NCBI GenBank assembly: GCA_007121555.1
Contig: SKKH01000022.1
Coordinates: 130-64,129, forward strand
DNA from: Gemmatimonadota bacterium
GTDB lineage: Bacteria > Gemmatimonadota > Gemmatimonadetes > Longimicrobiales > Gaopeijiaceae
Direction: 5' to 3'
DNA: 64,000 bases
The notes below the pieces were generated by a model that was not told where the DNA came from, ran no database searches, and saw nothing but the letters and a program-made list of their open reading frames with translations. This document shows, piece after piece, positions 1-9,423 of the stretch; positions within the stretch are counted from its first letter, which is position 1, and each line of letters begins with the position of its first letter. Position numbers and translations under genes: made by a program.

Positions 1-129
1 CACCAGGACATCGATGCCCTCGGATTCCCGCAGAACTTCCGGGACGATTCGGGGCAGGTTCTCCCGCTCGTCGTAGGTGGGGATGATGACAAGGGTTCGA
101 TCGCTTCCCGGTGCGGTATCCGTGTCCAT
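1..129 (-). CDS. GT2 polyprenol-phosphate glycosyltransferase (Ppm1/DPM-like), first 43 codons only; gene runs off the left edge
   Basis: Hand translation of the minus strand from the ATG at 129 gives MDTDTAPGSDRTLVIIPTYDERENLPRIVPEVLRESEGIDVLV, a typical GT2 N-terminus. The ATG shares one base with the TGA of the upstream ORF. Confidence 0.55.
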   Translation of the reverse strand, partial: MDTDTAPGSDRTLVIIPTYDERENLPRIVPEVLRESEGIDVLV

Positions 130-1130
130 CAGGCCTCTCGGTCTCCCGTTGTGCTTTCCCTCTGATCCTCCTCGAGGGGCCTTCCCCTTCGAACGATGGT
201 CCAGAGAGCGAATCCGCCGGCGGGGACGAGCTCCACCAGCGTCATCCAGACTCTCGCCAGTACGGCCACCCCGACGGCCGCCCCACCCAGGGACGGCCGA
301 AGGAGTGCGATGAGCACGCCCTCCCGGACGCCGATTCCAGCCGGGGCGAAGACTGCAAGATAGCCCATGAGGTAGGCCGCACTGAAGCTGACGACCAGGA
401 AGACCAACGATCCCTCCAGGCCCAGACCTCGAACCAGGAAGGTGAACGCCACCCCGTATCCCAGCCAGACCAGAGTGTGTAGGAGAATCCAGCGGGGACC
501 GAAAAGAGGGCTGGGCCGCGGTGCGGTGAGGGGGTCCAGGCCGGCCAGCCGGTACGCGAAACGAAACCCTCCCCGCACCAGTGAGGGGACCGAGGCGCAT
601 CCGATGAGCAGGAGAAGGGCCGGGGCGCCGAGCCTCAGTCCCCACCCCGATCCGTCGAGCTGCCCCAGGACCGCCATCCCCACCACCGCTGCCCCCGCAA
701 GATGGAAGACCTGGGTGAGGACCGCTGCGCCAGTGGCCAGTGTGGCCGGAATACCGGCTCTTTTCGAGAGGAGGGCCAGGCCCGCGACCTGCCAGACCTT
801 TCCGGGGATGTAACGTCCCAGATTGGCCGTGAGGACGATCCGGAGAGATCCGAACCATCCCGGGTCATTGCCTCCCAGCTCCCGCACCATCCAACCCCAC
901 AGGCGGGCGGTCAGGGCGAAGCAGGCCAGCAGCAGGAGAGTCGAGGCCGCAATGGGAAGCGGTCTCGGATCGGGAAGGGCGGCCTCCAGGCTCAGGGCTT
1001 CTTCCAGCGTCACCCCAACCTGAGACACGATGAGCCAGGTCAGGAGAGCAGTCAAAGCGAGCTGAACCAGGAGCCGAACGGGCCCGGGCCATCTCGACGC
1101 CTTTCCCGCTGGCTCCTCATTGCGGGTCAT
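129..1130 (-). CDS. UPF0104 / lysyl-PG-synthase-TM-region-like polytopic membrane protein (putative flippase-like)
   Basis: ORF 129..1250. Multiple hydrophobic helices and a C-terminal PAGIGVREGVLIALL motif typical of the family. The ATG at 1130 (MTRNEEP) overlaps the upstream stop as ATGA, so it is preferred over the longer track start. Confidence 0.6.
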   Translation of the reverse strand: MTRNEEPAGKASRWPGPVRLLVQLALTALLTWLIVSQVGVTLEEALSLEAALPDPRPLPIAASTLLLLACFALTARLWGWMVRELGGNDPGWFGSLRIVLTANLGRYIPGKVWQVAGLALLSKRAGIPATLATGAAVLTQVFHLAGAAVVGMAVLGQLDGSGWGLRLGAPALLLLIGCASVPSLVRGGFRFAYRLAGLDPLTAPRPSPLFGPRWILLHTLVWLGYGVAFTFLVRGLGLEGSLVFLVVSFSAAYLMGYLAVFAPAGIGVREGVLIALLRPSLGGAAVGVAVLARVWMTLVELVPAGGFALWTIVRRGRPLEEDQRESTTGDREA

Positions 1131-3646
1131 GACCTGGAGTCCGACTCCCGTTTTCGCAGGAGGATCTCCGCCGCGACCGCTCCCAGCAACGCCAGAATCG
1201 AGAAGATCGACATCCAGAGCCCGGCCCGCAGGAGGGGCGCGTCGTACCACATTTCGACGCGATGGATGCCCTGGGGCACGGCCAGGGCCCGAAGAGTGTG
1301 ATCCGCCCGCAGCACCGGCGTCTCCTCTCCATCTACCGAGGCCTTCCAGGCGGGGAGCCAGTTCTCGGAGAGGGCGACGATGGCCGGCCCATCCGTCTCC
1401 ACCTCGAAGACCAGGCGGTCCGGCTCCCGCTGGATCCAGCGGACCTCGCCCCGCACGTCGCTGCCTCCTGGGTCCAGGGGAGGAGCCTCCTCCAGGACGA
1501 CCTGCCGAGAGGGATCGTAACGATCTTCATCCAGAACGGTGGCCAGGGTCTGGTCCGGATCCACCACGATCGCCTCGCCCACAACCCTGGCCCGAGGGAG
1601 GGTCGGAAAGGCGTGAACGGACGAGAAGGTCCGCCCGTCCCCAAAAGCCACCCGGCTCACGGGCTGGCTTCCCTCCAGAGGGCCATACTGGGCATCGGGC
1701 CAGAGGAGGTAGCGAATGTTCAGGAGGGCCATGACGTTGGGGTGGAACCGTGCCAGGTGCTCGGGAAGCCCGCCTCCCTCCATCCCGATGAGTTCCCGGT
1801 AGCGGCCCAGGTCGTTGGGATGGTGGCCCCCTGCCAACTCCAGCCCGTGCATTCCCGGCATCACGTCCTGTCCGCCCTGGGAGAAGGAGAGCACCCGGAA
1901 GGGCTCCTCCCTTCCCTGTCGATCCAGGAGAAACCGGATGTTCTCGTCGGGCGCGGCGAAGCTGTGGTAATCCATGACCTCGAGAAACGCGGCGTTCACC
2001 CGCCACTGGTCGGCTGCGACCAGGAACGCCAGCCCCGGTACCAGGAGCACCGCCGGAAAGAACCCCCGCCCCACCGCCCACCAGAGGGCGGCCATGGCCC
2101 CCGCCAGGAGGACCGCGATCCCGAACCCCTGGCTCATGTGGGGCAGGACGTTCTCCAGGGCGGCGGCCTTGGGGCCGTCGATCCCCGGATAGAGAATCGA
2201 GGTCCAGAGCGCCGAAAGGGCTCCGGTGGCCGCCAGGATCCAGCCCAGAAGGAGCAGGGCCGCGCCTCCACCCAGCACCCGGAGCAGGGTTCGGGAACGT
2301 CCCTCGTCCAGGAGGCGGGCGCCCCGGTCTACCCCCAGACCCGCCAGGGAAGCCACGGCGAAACCGGTGATGAAGATCGCCATGGACGGAGCCCTGAAGA
2401 GGGAGATCCCGGGCACGACCTCGTAGAAGATCCGCCAGACCGGCGTGTTCGCTCCCAGAGAAAAGAGGAGCGCGACCAACCCCGTACCCGCAAAGAACCA
2501 GTGCACCGCCCCCCGTGGACCTCCCACGAAGGCCAGGCCGGCCAGCAGGAGGAGCCCCAACCCGAGGTACTCGTGGTTCAGCTTGAAGGGATTCCGGCCC
2601 CAGTACGTGTCGGTGGTCCAGTCCCGGGTCCCCGCGCTGTTGCCCACGAACTCCGGAACCGCAAGACTGACCACCTCTTCGGGATGGAGCGACCAGGACG
2701 ATGAATAGGCCACGGCCTCCGGGCCCTCGGCGTCCAGGGTGGTGGCGGCGCGCCGGGAGTGGTCGGTCACATAGTCCACCGCCGGCACGAGCTGCACCGC
2801 GGTGACCCCGGCTCCCAGGACGGAGAACAACAGGAAGGCGCCGAAGGTGGAGGCCGCAGAGCTCCAACCCTGCCCCTCCCGCCGACCCAGCTGGACGCAG
2901 CGGAGGATCATGTAGGCCCCGGCCGCGCCGAACAGGAAGTACGCCATCTGGAAGTGGGTGGAAAGGATGACCAGGGCGATGATGCCGGCCATCGCGGCCA
3001 GGGGAAGCACCCCACGTCGCCCCAGGTACCATTCCATGGCCCAGAAGAGAAACGGCGTCATGGCGGTGACGAAGATCTTCCCATCATGGCCCGGGAAGAC
3101 CAGGGTCACCATGTAGGGGGCCAGAAGGAAGCCAAGCCCACCCACCAGGGCCGCCCCCTTCGAAACCTCCAGCGTCCGAAGCCAGGCGTACATCCCCGCC
3201 CCGGCCAGGAAGACGTGGAGGACGAGCTTCCATCCCAGCGCCCGGTAGGTCTCCATGGTGAGGAGCAGGGCCACCGAGATCGGATGAAGGGAGTCTCCCC
3301 CGGCAAGGGATTCCAGGAAGGGCGTCCCCCCGAGGATTATGGGGTTCCAGAGAGGAAATCCGGTGGTCTGCAGGGCATCCGCGAAGAAGGCGCGGGCCAT
3401 GTAGCCCAGGGCCAGAGTGTCCTGACCCACCAGCATGAGATCCGAGAAGACGAACTCCCGGAAGAGGAGAAGTGTGACCAGGGCGTAAAGACCCATGGTG
3501 GCCCACAGGGGAATCCGGTCCAGCTGATCCGCGATGCGCGTCGCGTCGCCACTCCCCCCTTTCGACCCACGGCGAGACCGGCGGTCCCGCCCCCCCCTTC
3601 TCCTGGCCTCGTCCCGGTCCCTTCCCCGTGTTCTTCGCTTCCCCAT
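1127..3646 (-). CDS. YfhO-family polytopic membrane glycosyltransferase-like protein (GT-C type)
   Basis: ORF 1127..3766, about 840 aa. The N-terminal two-thirds has many TM helices and the C-terminal part is a soluble domain. Start taken at the ATG at 3646 (MGKRRTRGRD), 4 nt after the upstream TAG. Confidence 0.6.
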   Translation of the reverse strand: MGKRRTRGRDRDEARRRGGRDRRSRRGSKGGSGDATRIADQLDRIPLWATMGLYALVTLLLFREFVFSDLMLVGQDTLALGYMARAFFADALQTTGFPLWNPIILGGTPFLESLAGGDSLHPISVALLLTMETYRALGWKLVLHVFLAGAGMYAWLRTLEVSKGAALVGGLGFLLAPYMVTLVFPGHDGKIFVTAMTPFLFWAMEWYLGRRGVLPLAAMAGIIALVILSTHFQMAYFLFGAAGAYMILRCVQLGRREGQGWSSAASTFGAFLLFSVLGAGVTAVQLVPAVDYVTDHSRRAATTLDAEGPEAVAYSSSWSLHPEEVVSLAVPEFVGNSAGTRDWTTDTYWGRNPFKLNHEYLGLGLLLLAGLAFVGGPRGAVHWFFAGTGLVALLFSLGANTPVWRIFYEVVPGISLFRAPSMAIFITGFAVASLAGLGVDRGARLLDEGRSRTLLRVLGGGAALLLLGWILAATGALSALWTSILYPGIDGPKAAALENVLPHMSQGFGIAVLLAGAMAALWWAVGRGFFPAVLLVPGLAFLVAADQWRVNAAFLEVMDYHSFAAPDENIRFLLDRQGREEPFRVLSFSQGGQDVMPGMHGLELAGGHHPNDLGRYRELIGMEGGGLPEHLARFHPNVMALLNIRYLLWPDAQYGPLEGSQPVSRVAFGDGRTFSSVHAFPTLPRARVVGEAIVVDPDQTLATVLDEDRYDPSRQVVLEEAPPLDPGGSDVRGEVRWIQREPDRLVFEVETDGPAIVALSENWLPAWKASVDGEETPVLRADHTLRALAVPQGIHRVEMWYDAPLLRAGLWMSIFSILALLGAVAAEILLRKRESDSRS

Positions 3647-3650
3647 CACC

Positions 3651-4796
3651 CTACTCCGTGTTTCCCATGAGGACCGACGGATCGCTCCCGGCCGGGTCCA
3701 GGAGGGTCCGGTAGATTTCCAGATGCCGTTCCACCAGGCGGGCGTTGCTCCATTCCTCGACCACACGGGCCCGGGCCGCCTCTCCCTTCGCCTCGAGGGA
3801 ATCGGACTCCAGAAGCTCGACCACGCCCCGGGCCAGGTCGTCGGGGTCGGCGGGCTTCACCAACCGGCCCACCGATTCGTCCACGATCTCGGGGAGTCCA
3901 CCGACCCGTGTGGCCACGACTGGAAGTCCACACGCCATGCACTCGAGGGCCGCGACCGAGGTGGCCTCCATGAGCGAGGGAAAGACGGCCAGTTCCCCCG
4001 AGGAGAGTAGCCCCGGCATCTCGCTGTGGGGCCGGGATCCCAGAAATTCGATCTCTGCGCGGACCCCCAACTCCTCGGCCAGCGTCTCCAGCCGCTCCCG
4101 CTCGGGGCCGTCGCCGATCACGAGTGCCCGAACCCCGTTCACATGCTCCCGAATCCGGGGCATGGCCCGGACGAAATACTCCACTCCGTTCTTCTGGAAG
4201 AGCCGCCGGGGAACGATGATCTGACGCACCCCGGGGCGCGGCGGGCGGGCGGCCGCAACGGGCTGGAACCGTTCGGTGTCCACCCCGTTGGTCAGGGCCT
4301 CGACCTGCACGCCCGGAGCCAGGGCCATGGCGACCTCCGCGATCTCCCTACTCGCCGCCAGTGCATAGCCCGGTCGACGGACCAGACGGGAGAGCACCGA
4401 CCGCCACATCGGACGGGGCGCCCGGGCCAGGAAGTGGGAGGTGTGGAAGGTCGCCACCAGGGGTCGACCGTGGGACCGCGCCGCGACCCCCGCAGGGACG
4501 ATGGACGCGAAGGCCTGCGCGTGGACGATGTCAGCCCAGCCCGCCCAGCTCCGGGTTCGGGGGATCGAGGCCAGCGCGTGGGCCATCCATCCCACGGGAC
4601 TCCGCGAGGGGAACCAGCTCCGGTAGACCCGAACTCCGTCCACCACCTCCTCCCGAGGAAGTCCCTTGATCGAGCGGGACGTGACGACCCGCACCTCGTG
4701 CCCCACCTCCACCATTCCACGCGCCAACTCGGCCACATGGCTCTCCAGCCCCCCGACCTCGGGGGGATAATACACGCAGTGCATCAGTACCTTCAC
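3651..4796 (-). CDS. GT4 (GT-B fold) glycosyltransferase
   Basis: MKVLMHCVYYPPEVGGLESHVAELARGMVEVGHEVRVVTS is a typical GT4 N-terminus. The C-terminal half has an EATSVAALECMACGLPVVAT-type nucleotide-sugar motif. Confidence 0.8.
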   Translation of the reverse strand: MKVLMHCVYYPPEVGGLESHVAELARGMVEVGHEVRVVTSRSIKGLPREEVVDGVRVYRSWFPSRSPVGWMAHALASIPRTRSWAGWADIVHAQAFASIVPAGVAARSHGRPLVATFHTSHFLARAPRPMWRSVLSRLVRRPGYALAASREIAEVAMALAPGVQVEALTNGVDTERFQPVAAARPPRPGVRQIIVPRRLFQKNGVEYFVRAMPRIREHVNGVRALVIGDGPERERLETLAEELGVRAEIEFLGSRPHSEMPGLLSSGELAVFPSLMEATSVAALECMACGLPVVATRVGGLPEIVDESVGRLVKPADPDDLARGVVELLESDSLEAKGEAARARVVEEWSNARLVERHLEIYRTLLDPAGSDPSVLMGNTE

Positions 4797-6004
4797 GTAA
4801 CGTCTCCGGGGATGTCGGATGACACGCCCAGGAAGGCCTCGACCGCAGCCGCGATCCGCAGCGCCGCCTTCCCATCTCCGTACGGGTTGGCCTCCCGCCG
4901 ACTCCCCCGGTCCCGGGCAGCCTCGGCCAGCAGCGCTCGACCCCGGGCCACGATCCGGTCAGGATCGGTCCCCACCAGCTCCGCCACACCGGCCATGACG
5001 CCCTCGGGTCGCTCCGTCAGCTCCCGGAGGACCAGGAGGGGGGTCCCGAAGGTCGGAGCCTCCTCCTGGATTCCTCCTGAATCGGTGAGGACCAGCGCCG
5101 CATGCTGCAGGGCCTGAGCCAGATCTCCATACGAGAGTGGATCCACCAGGTGAATCCGGCCATGGTCTCCCAGGAGTCGCCGCGCGGGTCCGAGGACCCT
5201 GGGATTCGGGTGGACGGGGTAGAGGATCTCGAGTTCATCTTCGGCCTCGACCAGCTCGCGAACGCCGCGGAAGATCCGCTCCATCGGCTCACCCCAGGCC
5301 TCTCGTCGATGGGCTGTCAGGAGAGCGAAGGGACGGGGAGACTCCAGGAGGGCCTCCAGTCGGGCGTTCCTGGGAGCTGGCGCGTCCGCCACGATCTGCA
5401 GCAGGGCGTCGACCACGGTGTTGCCCGTCAGGTGGATGCGGCCCTCGGGGATCCCCTCCCGGAGGAGGTTCTCCCTGGCCCCTGGCGTGGGAGCGAAGTG
5501 GAGATCGGCCAGAACCGCGGTGAGGCGACGAAAGCCCTCCTCCGGGAAGGGCCGTCCCAGGTCTCCGCTTCGAAGTCCGGCCTCCACATGTCCGGTGGCC
5601 ACCCTCTCGAAATAGCCGGTCAGGGTCGCGAAGAAGACGCTGGCGGTGTCGCCTTGTACCAGGACGAGGGAAGGCTTCCAGTGGGCCAGGGCGTCTCGGA
5701 CCCCGGTCAGGCATCCCGCAGCCACGTCATAGAGGCTCTGCGCTTCGGTCATGAGCGCCAGATCCCGATCGGGCTCGAGACCGAAGCTGGTCAGGACGTC
5801 AGCCACCAGGTCGGTGTGCTGCCCGGTGAGGAGGATGCGGACCCGGGTCGTCCCACCGGGCCGCCGGAGTGCTCGCACCACCGGCGCCATCTTGATGGCC
5901 TCGGGCCGCGTTCCCACCACCACGACCACGGTGGGCCCTCCCGTCTCCGAAACCGTGGACCCGGCCCCCTGTCCGGCCTCAACGCCCCGCCCGAATCCGT
6001 TCAC
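4793..6004 (-). CDS. wecB: UDP-N-acetylglucosamine 2-epimerase (non-hydrolysing)
   Basis: VVVVGTRPEAIKMAPVVRAL, GDTASVF and HVEAGLRS motifs. GTG start overlaps the upstream stop as GTGA. Confidence 0.85.
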   Translation of the reverse strand: MNGFGRGVEAGQGAGSTVSETGGPTVVVVVGTRPEAIKMAPVVRALRRPGGTTRVRILLTGQHTDLVADVLTSFGLEPDRDLALMTEAQSLYDVAAGCLTGVRDALAHWKPSLVLVQGDTASVFFATLTGYFERVATGHVEAGLRSGDLGRPFPEEGFRRLTAVLADLHFAPTPGARENLLREGIPEGRIHLTGNTVVDALLQIVADAPAPRNARLEALLESPRPFALLTAHRREAWGEPMERIFRGVRELVEAEDELEILYPVHPNPRVLGPARRLLGDHGRIHLVDPLSYGDLAQALQHAALVLTDSGGIQEEAPTFGTPLLVLRELTERPEGVMAGVAELVGTDPDRIVARGRALLAEAARDRGSRREANPYGDGKAALRIAAAVEAFLGVSSDIPGDVT

Positions 6005-6975
6005 GACTCCCCCCGCACTCGCCTACGGATCTCGTCCACCTCCTGGCGGAGCTGGGCGACCATCTCGGCCAGAAGCCCGAAGCCCACCAGGGTCACGCCC
6101 ACGGTCACCAGAAGGAGGACGAGGGTCAGGATGGGCCGGAAGCCCACCCCGTGGAAGAGTCGGAGGTAAATGGCTCCCAGGCCGACGAGGACTCCGAGCC
6201 CAGCCAACGCCGATCCCGCCGTCCCGAAGAGGAGGAGCGGCTTTCGCGAGAATACCAGGAGGAACCAGACCGAAAGGAGATCCATGACCCCCACCACCAC
6301 CCGCCAGACCCCGGTATACTTGGAATCGCCCGCCCTGCGCGGGTGGAGGGCGATGTCGATCTCCGTCACCGTGTGACCCCGATCCCGGGCCAGGACCACG
6401 AAGAACCGATGCCAGTCGTGACGCAGCGGTACATCCCGGAGGATGGCCGCGCGAAACGCCTTCATGGAGTTCAGATCCGACACGGGGACATCGAAGAGGC
6501 GCTGGGAGAGCCTGTTGTAGACCGACGAGACGATCCGCTTGTCGTAGGCACCGACCTTCCGTCCACAGACGATGTCCCAGCCTTCGGCCATTCGCTCGAG
6601 AAACCGGGGGATCTCATGAGGCGAATGCTGCAGATCCGCGTCGAACAGGACCAGGACACTGCAGTGGGTGGCTCGGGCGGCGGTCACCATCGCCTCGGTC
6701 TTTCCCAGATTCTTCCCGTGACGAAGAATCCGGAGATTGGGCCAATCCCTGCCCAGTTCCCCCGCCCGTTCCGCGGTTCCATCCGTGGACCCGTCGTCCA
6801 CCAGGAGTACCTCTCCATCCAGCCCGTGGATCTCGAAGGCCTCCCTGAGCTCCCTCAGGAGGTCGGGGATCACCGGGGCCTCGTTGAAGGCCGGGACCAC
6901 GACAGCGAAGTCCCGCCGGATTCCCTCCGGAAGGGCGATGGGGGAGACTCCGTCGGGCTCCTGGACCTCAGACAC
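6001..6975 (-). CDS. GT2 polyprenyl-phosphate sugar synthase (GtrB/CsbB/ArnC-like) with two C-terminal TM helices
   Basis: VVVPAFNEAPVI, LLVDDGSTDGT and FDADLQH motifs, followed by two hydrophobic helices at the C-terminus. GTG start overlaps the rpoN stop by 8 nt. Confidence 0.8.
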   Translation of the reverse strand: MSEVQEPDGVSPIALPEGIRRDFAVVVPAFNEAPVIPDLLRELREAFEIHGLDGEVLLVDDGSTDGTAERAGELGRDWPNLRILRHGKNLGKTEAMVTAARATHCSVLVLFDADLQHSPHEIPRFLERMAEGWDIVCGRKVGAYDKRIVSSVYNRLSQRLFDVPVSDLNSMKAFRAAILRDVPLRHDWHRFFVVLARDRGHTVTEIDIALHPRRAGDSKYTGVWRVVVGVMDLLSVWFLLVFSRKPLLLFGTAGSALAGLGVLVGLGAIYLRLFHGVGFRPILTLVLLLVTVGVTLVGFGLLAEMVAQLRQEVDEIRRRVRGES

Positions 6976-8470
6976 GCTTGCGCATGCGGGCCGGAAGGAT
7001 GCCCAGCTGATCCCGGTACTTGGCCACGGTCCGGCGGGCGATCTGGATTCCGTCCGCCTCCAGCAGGTTCACCACCTTCTGGTCCGTAAGCGGCTTCTTC
7101 GAGTCCTCCTGATCGACCAGGGTGCGGATCTTGGCCTTCACGCCCCTGGCCGAGATGTCCTCTCCGGAGGTGGTGGAGAGGCCGCTGGAGAAGAAGAACT
7201 TCAGGTGGTACACGCCTCGAGGGGTCTGCACGTACTTCTCGTTCGTCACGCGGGACACGGTGGATTCGTGCATTTCGATGTGGTCCGCCACCTCCCGGAG
7301 GGTAAGGGGACGCAGGAACTGAACCCCCTTCTCGAAGAACTCCCGCTGCCGGTCCACGATGAAGTTCATGACCTTGAGCATGGTCTGTCGCCGCTGCTCG
7401 ATGGCCTGGATCATCCAGTTGGCGGAGTTGAGCTTGCTCGAGATGAATTCCTTGTTCTCTCCCTTGAACTTGTTTCGGTCGCGGGCCACCTCCCGGTAGG
7501 ATCGGGAGAGGCGGAGACGGGGCAGATTCGTATCGTTCAGGAAGACATGGTACTCGCCGTCGATCTTCTCGACGATGAGGTCCGGGATGATGTAGGGGTC
7601 CCGATCCGGCGCATACTGGATGCCCGGCTTGGGATCCAGCTTCGCGACCTCGTCGGCGGCATCCTGCACCTGGCGCGCGGAGAGGCTCAGCCCCCGAGCG
7701 ATCTCGGTCCATCGATGGTTCAGAAAGTCGTCGAAGTGCTCGTCGACCAGGGTGTAGGCGAGGGCGTCCTCCATCTCCTTCTCTCGAAGCTGGATGAGGA
7801 TGGACTCCCTCAGGTCCCGGGCCCCGACTCCGGCCGGATCCATTCGCTGCACCACCCTCAGGGTCTCCTCGGCCTCCTCCATGGTGTAGGGCCGGAAGAG
7901 TTCGGCCACCTCGGCCTCCTCCTCGGCGCGCTCCTCGTCGTCCTGGATGGCCCGAGCCCGGTCCTCAGCTATCTCCCGCACCTCCACCAGCCAACCGTTC
8001 ACTCCCTCGAGCACCTCCTCGAGCCCGCAGGAGAGGAAGCCGTCATCGTCGATGTTTCCGACGATCTCCTCCCCAAGGCGCATCTCCCGCTCACTCAGGG
8101 TGAGGTGATGAAGCTGCTCCAGGAGATGGTCCCGGAGGTCGGACGTCTCCACGGGGGTGGGCTCGTGACGCTCCTTCTCCTCGTACTGGGCGCGGGACCC
8201 CCCGGCGTCGAATCCGTCCAGGAGGATCTCCTCCCAGTCGATCTCGTCCTCCTTCTCCTCCTTTCCCTCCTCGTCGATACTCACGTCGTCGACGACGTCG
8301 GCCTCTGACATCTCGAGGAACGGGTTCTCGGTCAGCTCCTGCTTGAGGTGCTGCTGGAGGTCCAGCAGGGGCATGTAGAGCAGCTCCATCGCCTGGTACA
8401 GGCGAGGGTTGATCTTCATCTCCTGCCGGAGTTCCGCGCTCTGGTAGAGCTTGTTGCTGAATCCGCTCAT
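6968..8470 (-). CDS. rpoN: RNA polymerase sigma-54 factor
   Basis: N-terminal region I ([40 protein letters not shown]), an acidic region II, and a C-terminal RpoN box ([14 protein letters not shown]). Confidence 0.9.
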   Translation of the reverse strand: MSGFSNKLYQSAELRQEMKINPRLYQAMELLYMPLLDLQQHLKQELTENPFLEMSEADVVDDVSIDEEGKEEKEDEIDWEEILLDGFDAGGSRAQYEEKERHEPTPVETSDLRDHLLEQLHHLTLSEREMRLGEEIVGNIDDDGFLSCGLEEVLEGVNGWLVEVREIAEDRARAIQDDEERAEEEAEVAELFRPYTMEEAEETLRVVQRMDPAGVGARDLRESILIQLREKEMEDALAYTLVDEHFDDFLNHRWTEIARGLSLSARQVQDAADEVAKLDPKPGIQYAPDRDPYIIPDLIVEKIDGEYHVFLNDTNLPRLRLSRSYREVARDRNKFKGENKEFISSKLNSANWMIQAIEQRRQTMLKVMNFIVDRQREFFEKGVQFLRPLTLREVADHIEMHESTVSRVTNEKYVQTPRGVYHLKFFFSSGLSTTSGEDISARGVKAKIRTLVDQEDSKKPLTDQKVVNLLEADGIQIARRTVAKYRDQLGILPARMRKRV

Positions 8471-9423
8471 GAGCCGAGGGCCGGGGGATCGTAGCGCTGT
8501 CGCATGCGATGTGTGAGCGTGGGACCGAGGTAGATCTCAGCCACCTCGTCGTTCCAGACCAGCTCGGATACGGACCCGCTCACCCGGATCTTACCTTCGT
8601 ACATGATGTAGGCGCGGTCCACGATGTCCAGCGTCTGCTCGACGTTGTGATCGGAGATGATCACCCCGATCCTTCGATCCTTCAGCCCGGCCACGATCTG
8701 CTGGATGTCGTTCACCGCGATGGGATCGATCCCGGCGAACGGCTCATCCAGGAGCATGAACTTGGGACGCTGTACCAGGGCCCGGGTGATCTCGAGCCGA
8801 CGACGCTCACCGCCAGAGAGTGAGTAGGCCTTGTTCTTCCGGAGGTGGGCAATGGAAAGCTCTTCCAGCAGCTCGTCCAGTCGCCGTTTCCGCTCCTTCC
8901 TGGGCACCTTCGTGGTTTCCAGGATCGCCAGCACGTTCTCCTCCACCGTGAGCTTCCTGAAAACCGACGGCTCCTGGGCCAGGTATCCCACGCCCAGCCT
9001 GGCACGGCGGTACATGGGGGTCCGGGTGAGATTCCGGTCGTCCAGAAACACCTTGCCCCGGTTGGGGGGAATGAGCCCCACCATCATGTAAAAGGTGGTG
9101 GTCTTCCCTGCCCCGTTGGGCCCCAGAAGGCCGACGATCTCCCCCTGGCGGACATGGATGTCCACGTCGTTCACCACCTCGCGACCCTGATAGGCCTTGG
9201 TCAGCCCCTGGGCCCGGAAGACACTTCCCTGCTCTTCGGTCAGGGCCCGCTGAACGCGTTCGGCCTCCTGGGTGCCCTCCACGGGTGGAAGAACCGGGGC
9301 CAATGGGGGATCCGCCGCGTCCTCCGGCGGCGGATCCCTCTCGGTCTCCGTCGTCACCCCCTGTGGAGACACGTCTCCATGGGGCCCTTCGTCCCGTTCG
9401 AACCCATCTCTGGAATCCATCAC
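8467..9423 (-). CDS. lptB: LPS export ABC transporter ATP-binding protein with a roughly 65-aa acidic/proline-rich N-terminal extension
   Basis: Walker [10 protein letters not shown], signature [11 protein letters not shown], Walker [14 protein letters not shown]. An ATG at 9420 (or GTG at 9423) overlaps the upstream TGA. A later GTG start cannot be excluded. Confidence 0.85.
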   Translation of the reverse strand: MMDSRDGFERDEGPHGDVSPQGVTTETERDPPPEDAADPPLAPVLPPVEGTQEAERVQRALTEEQGSVFRAQGLTKAYQGREVVNDVDIHVRQGEIVGLLGPNGAGKTTTFYMMVGLIPPNRGKVFLDDRNLTRTPMYRRARLGVGYLAQEPSVFRKLTVEENVLAILETTKVPRKERKRRLDELLEELSIAHLRKNKAYSLSGGERRRLEITRALVQRPKFMLLDEPFAGIDPIAVNDIQQIVAGLKDRRIGVIISDHNVEQTLDIVDRAYIMYEGKIRVSGSVSELVWNDEVAEIYLGPTLTHRMRQRYDPPALGS

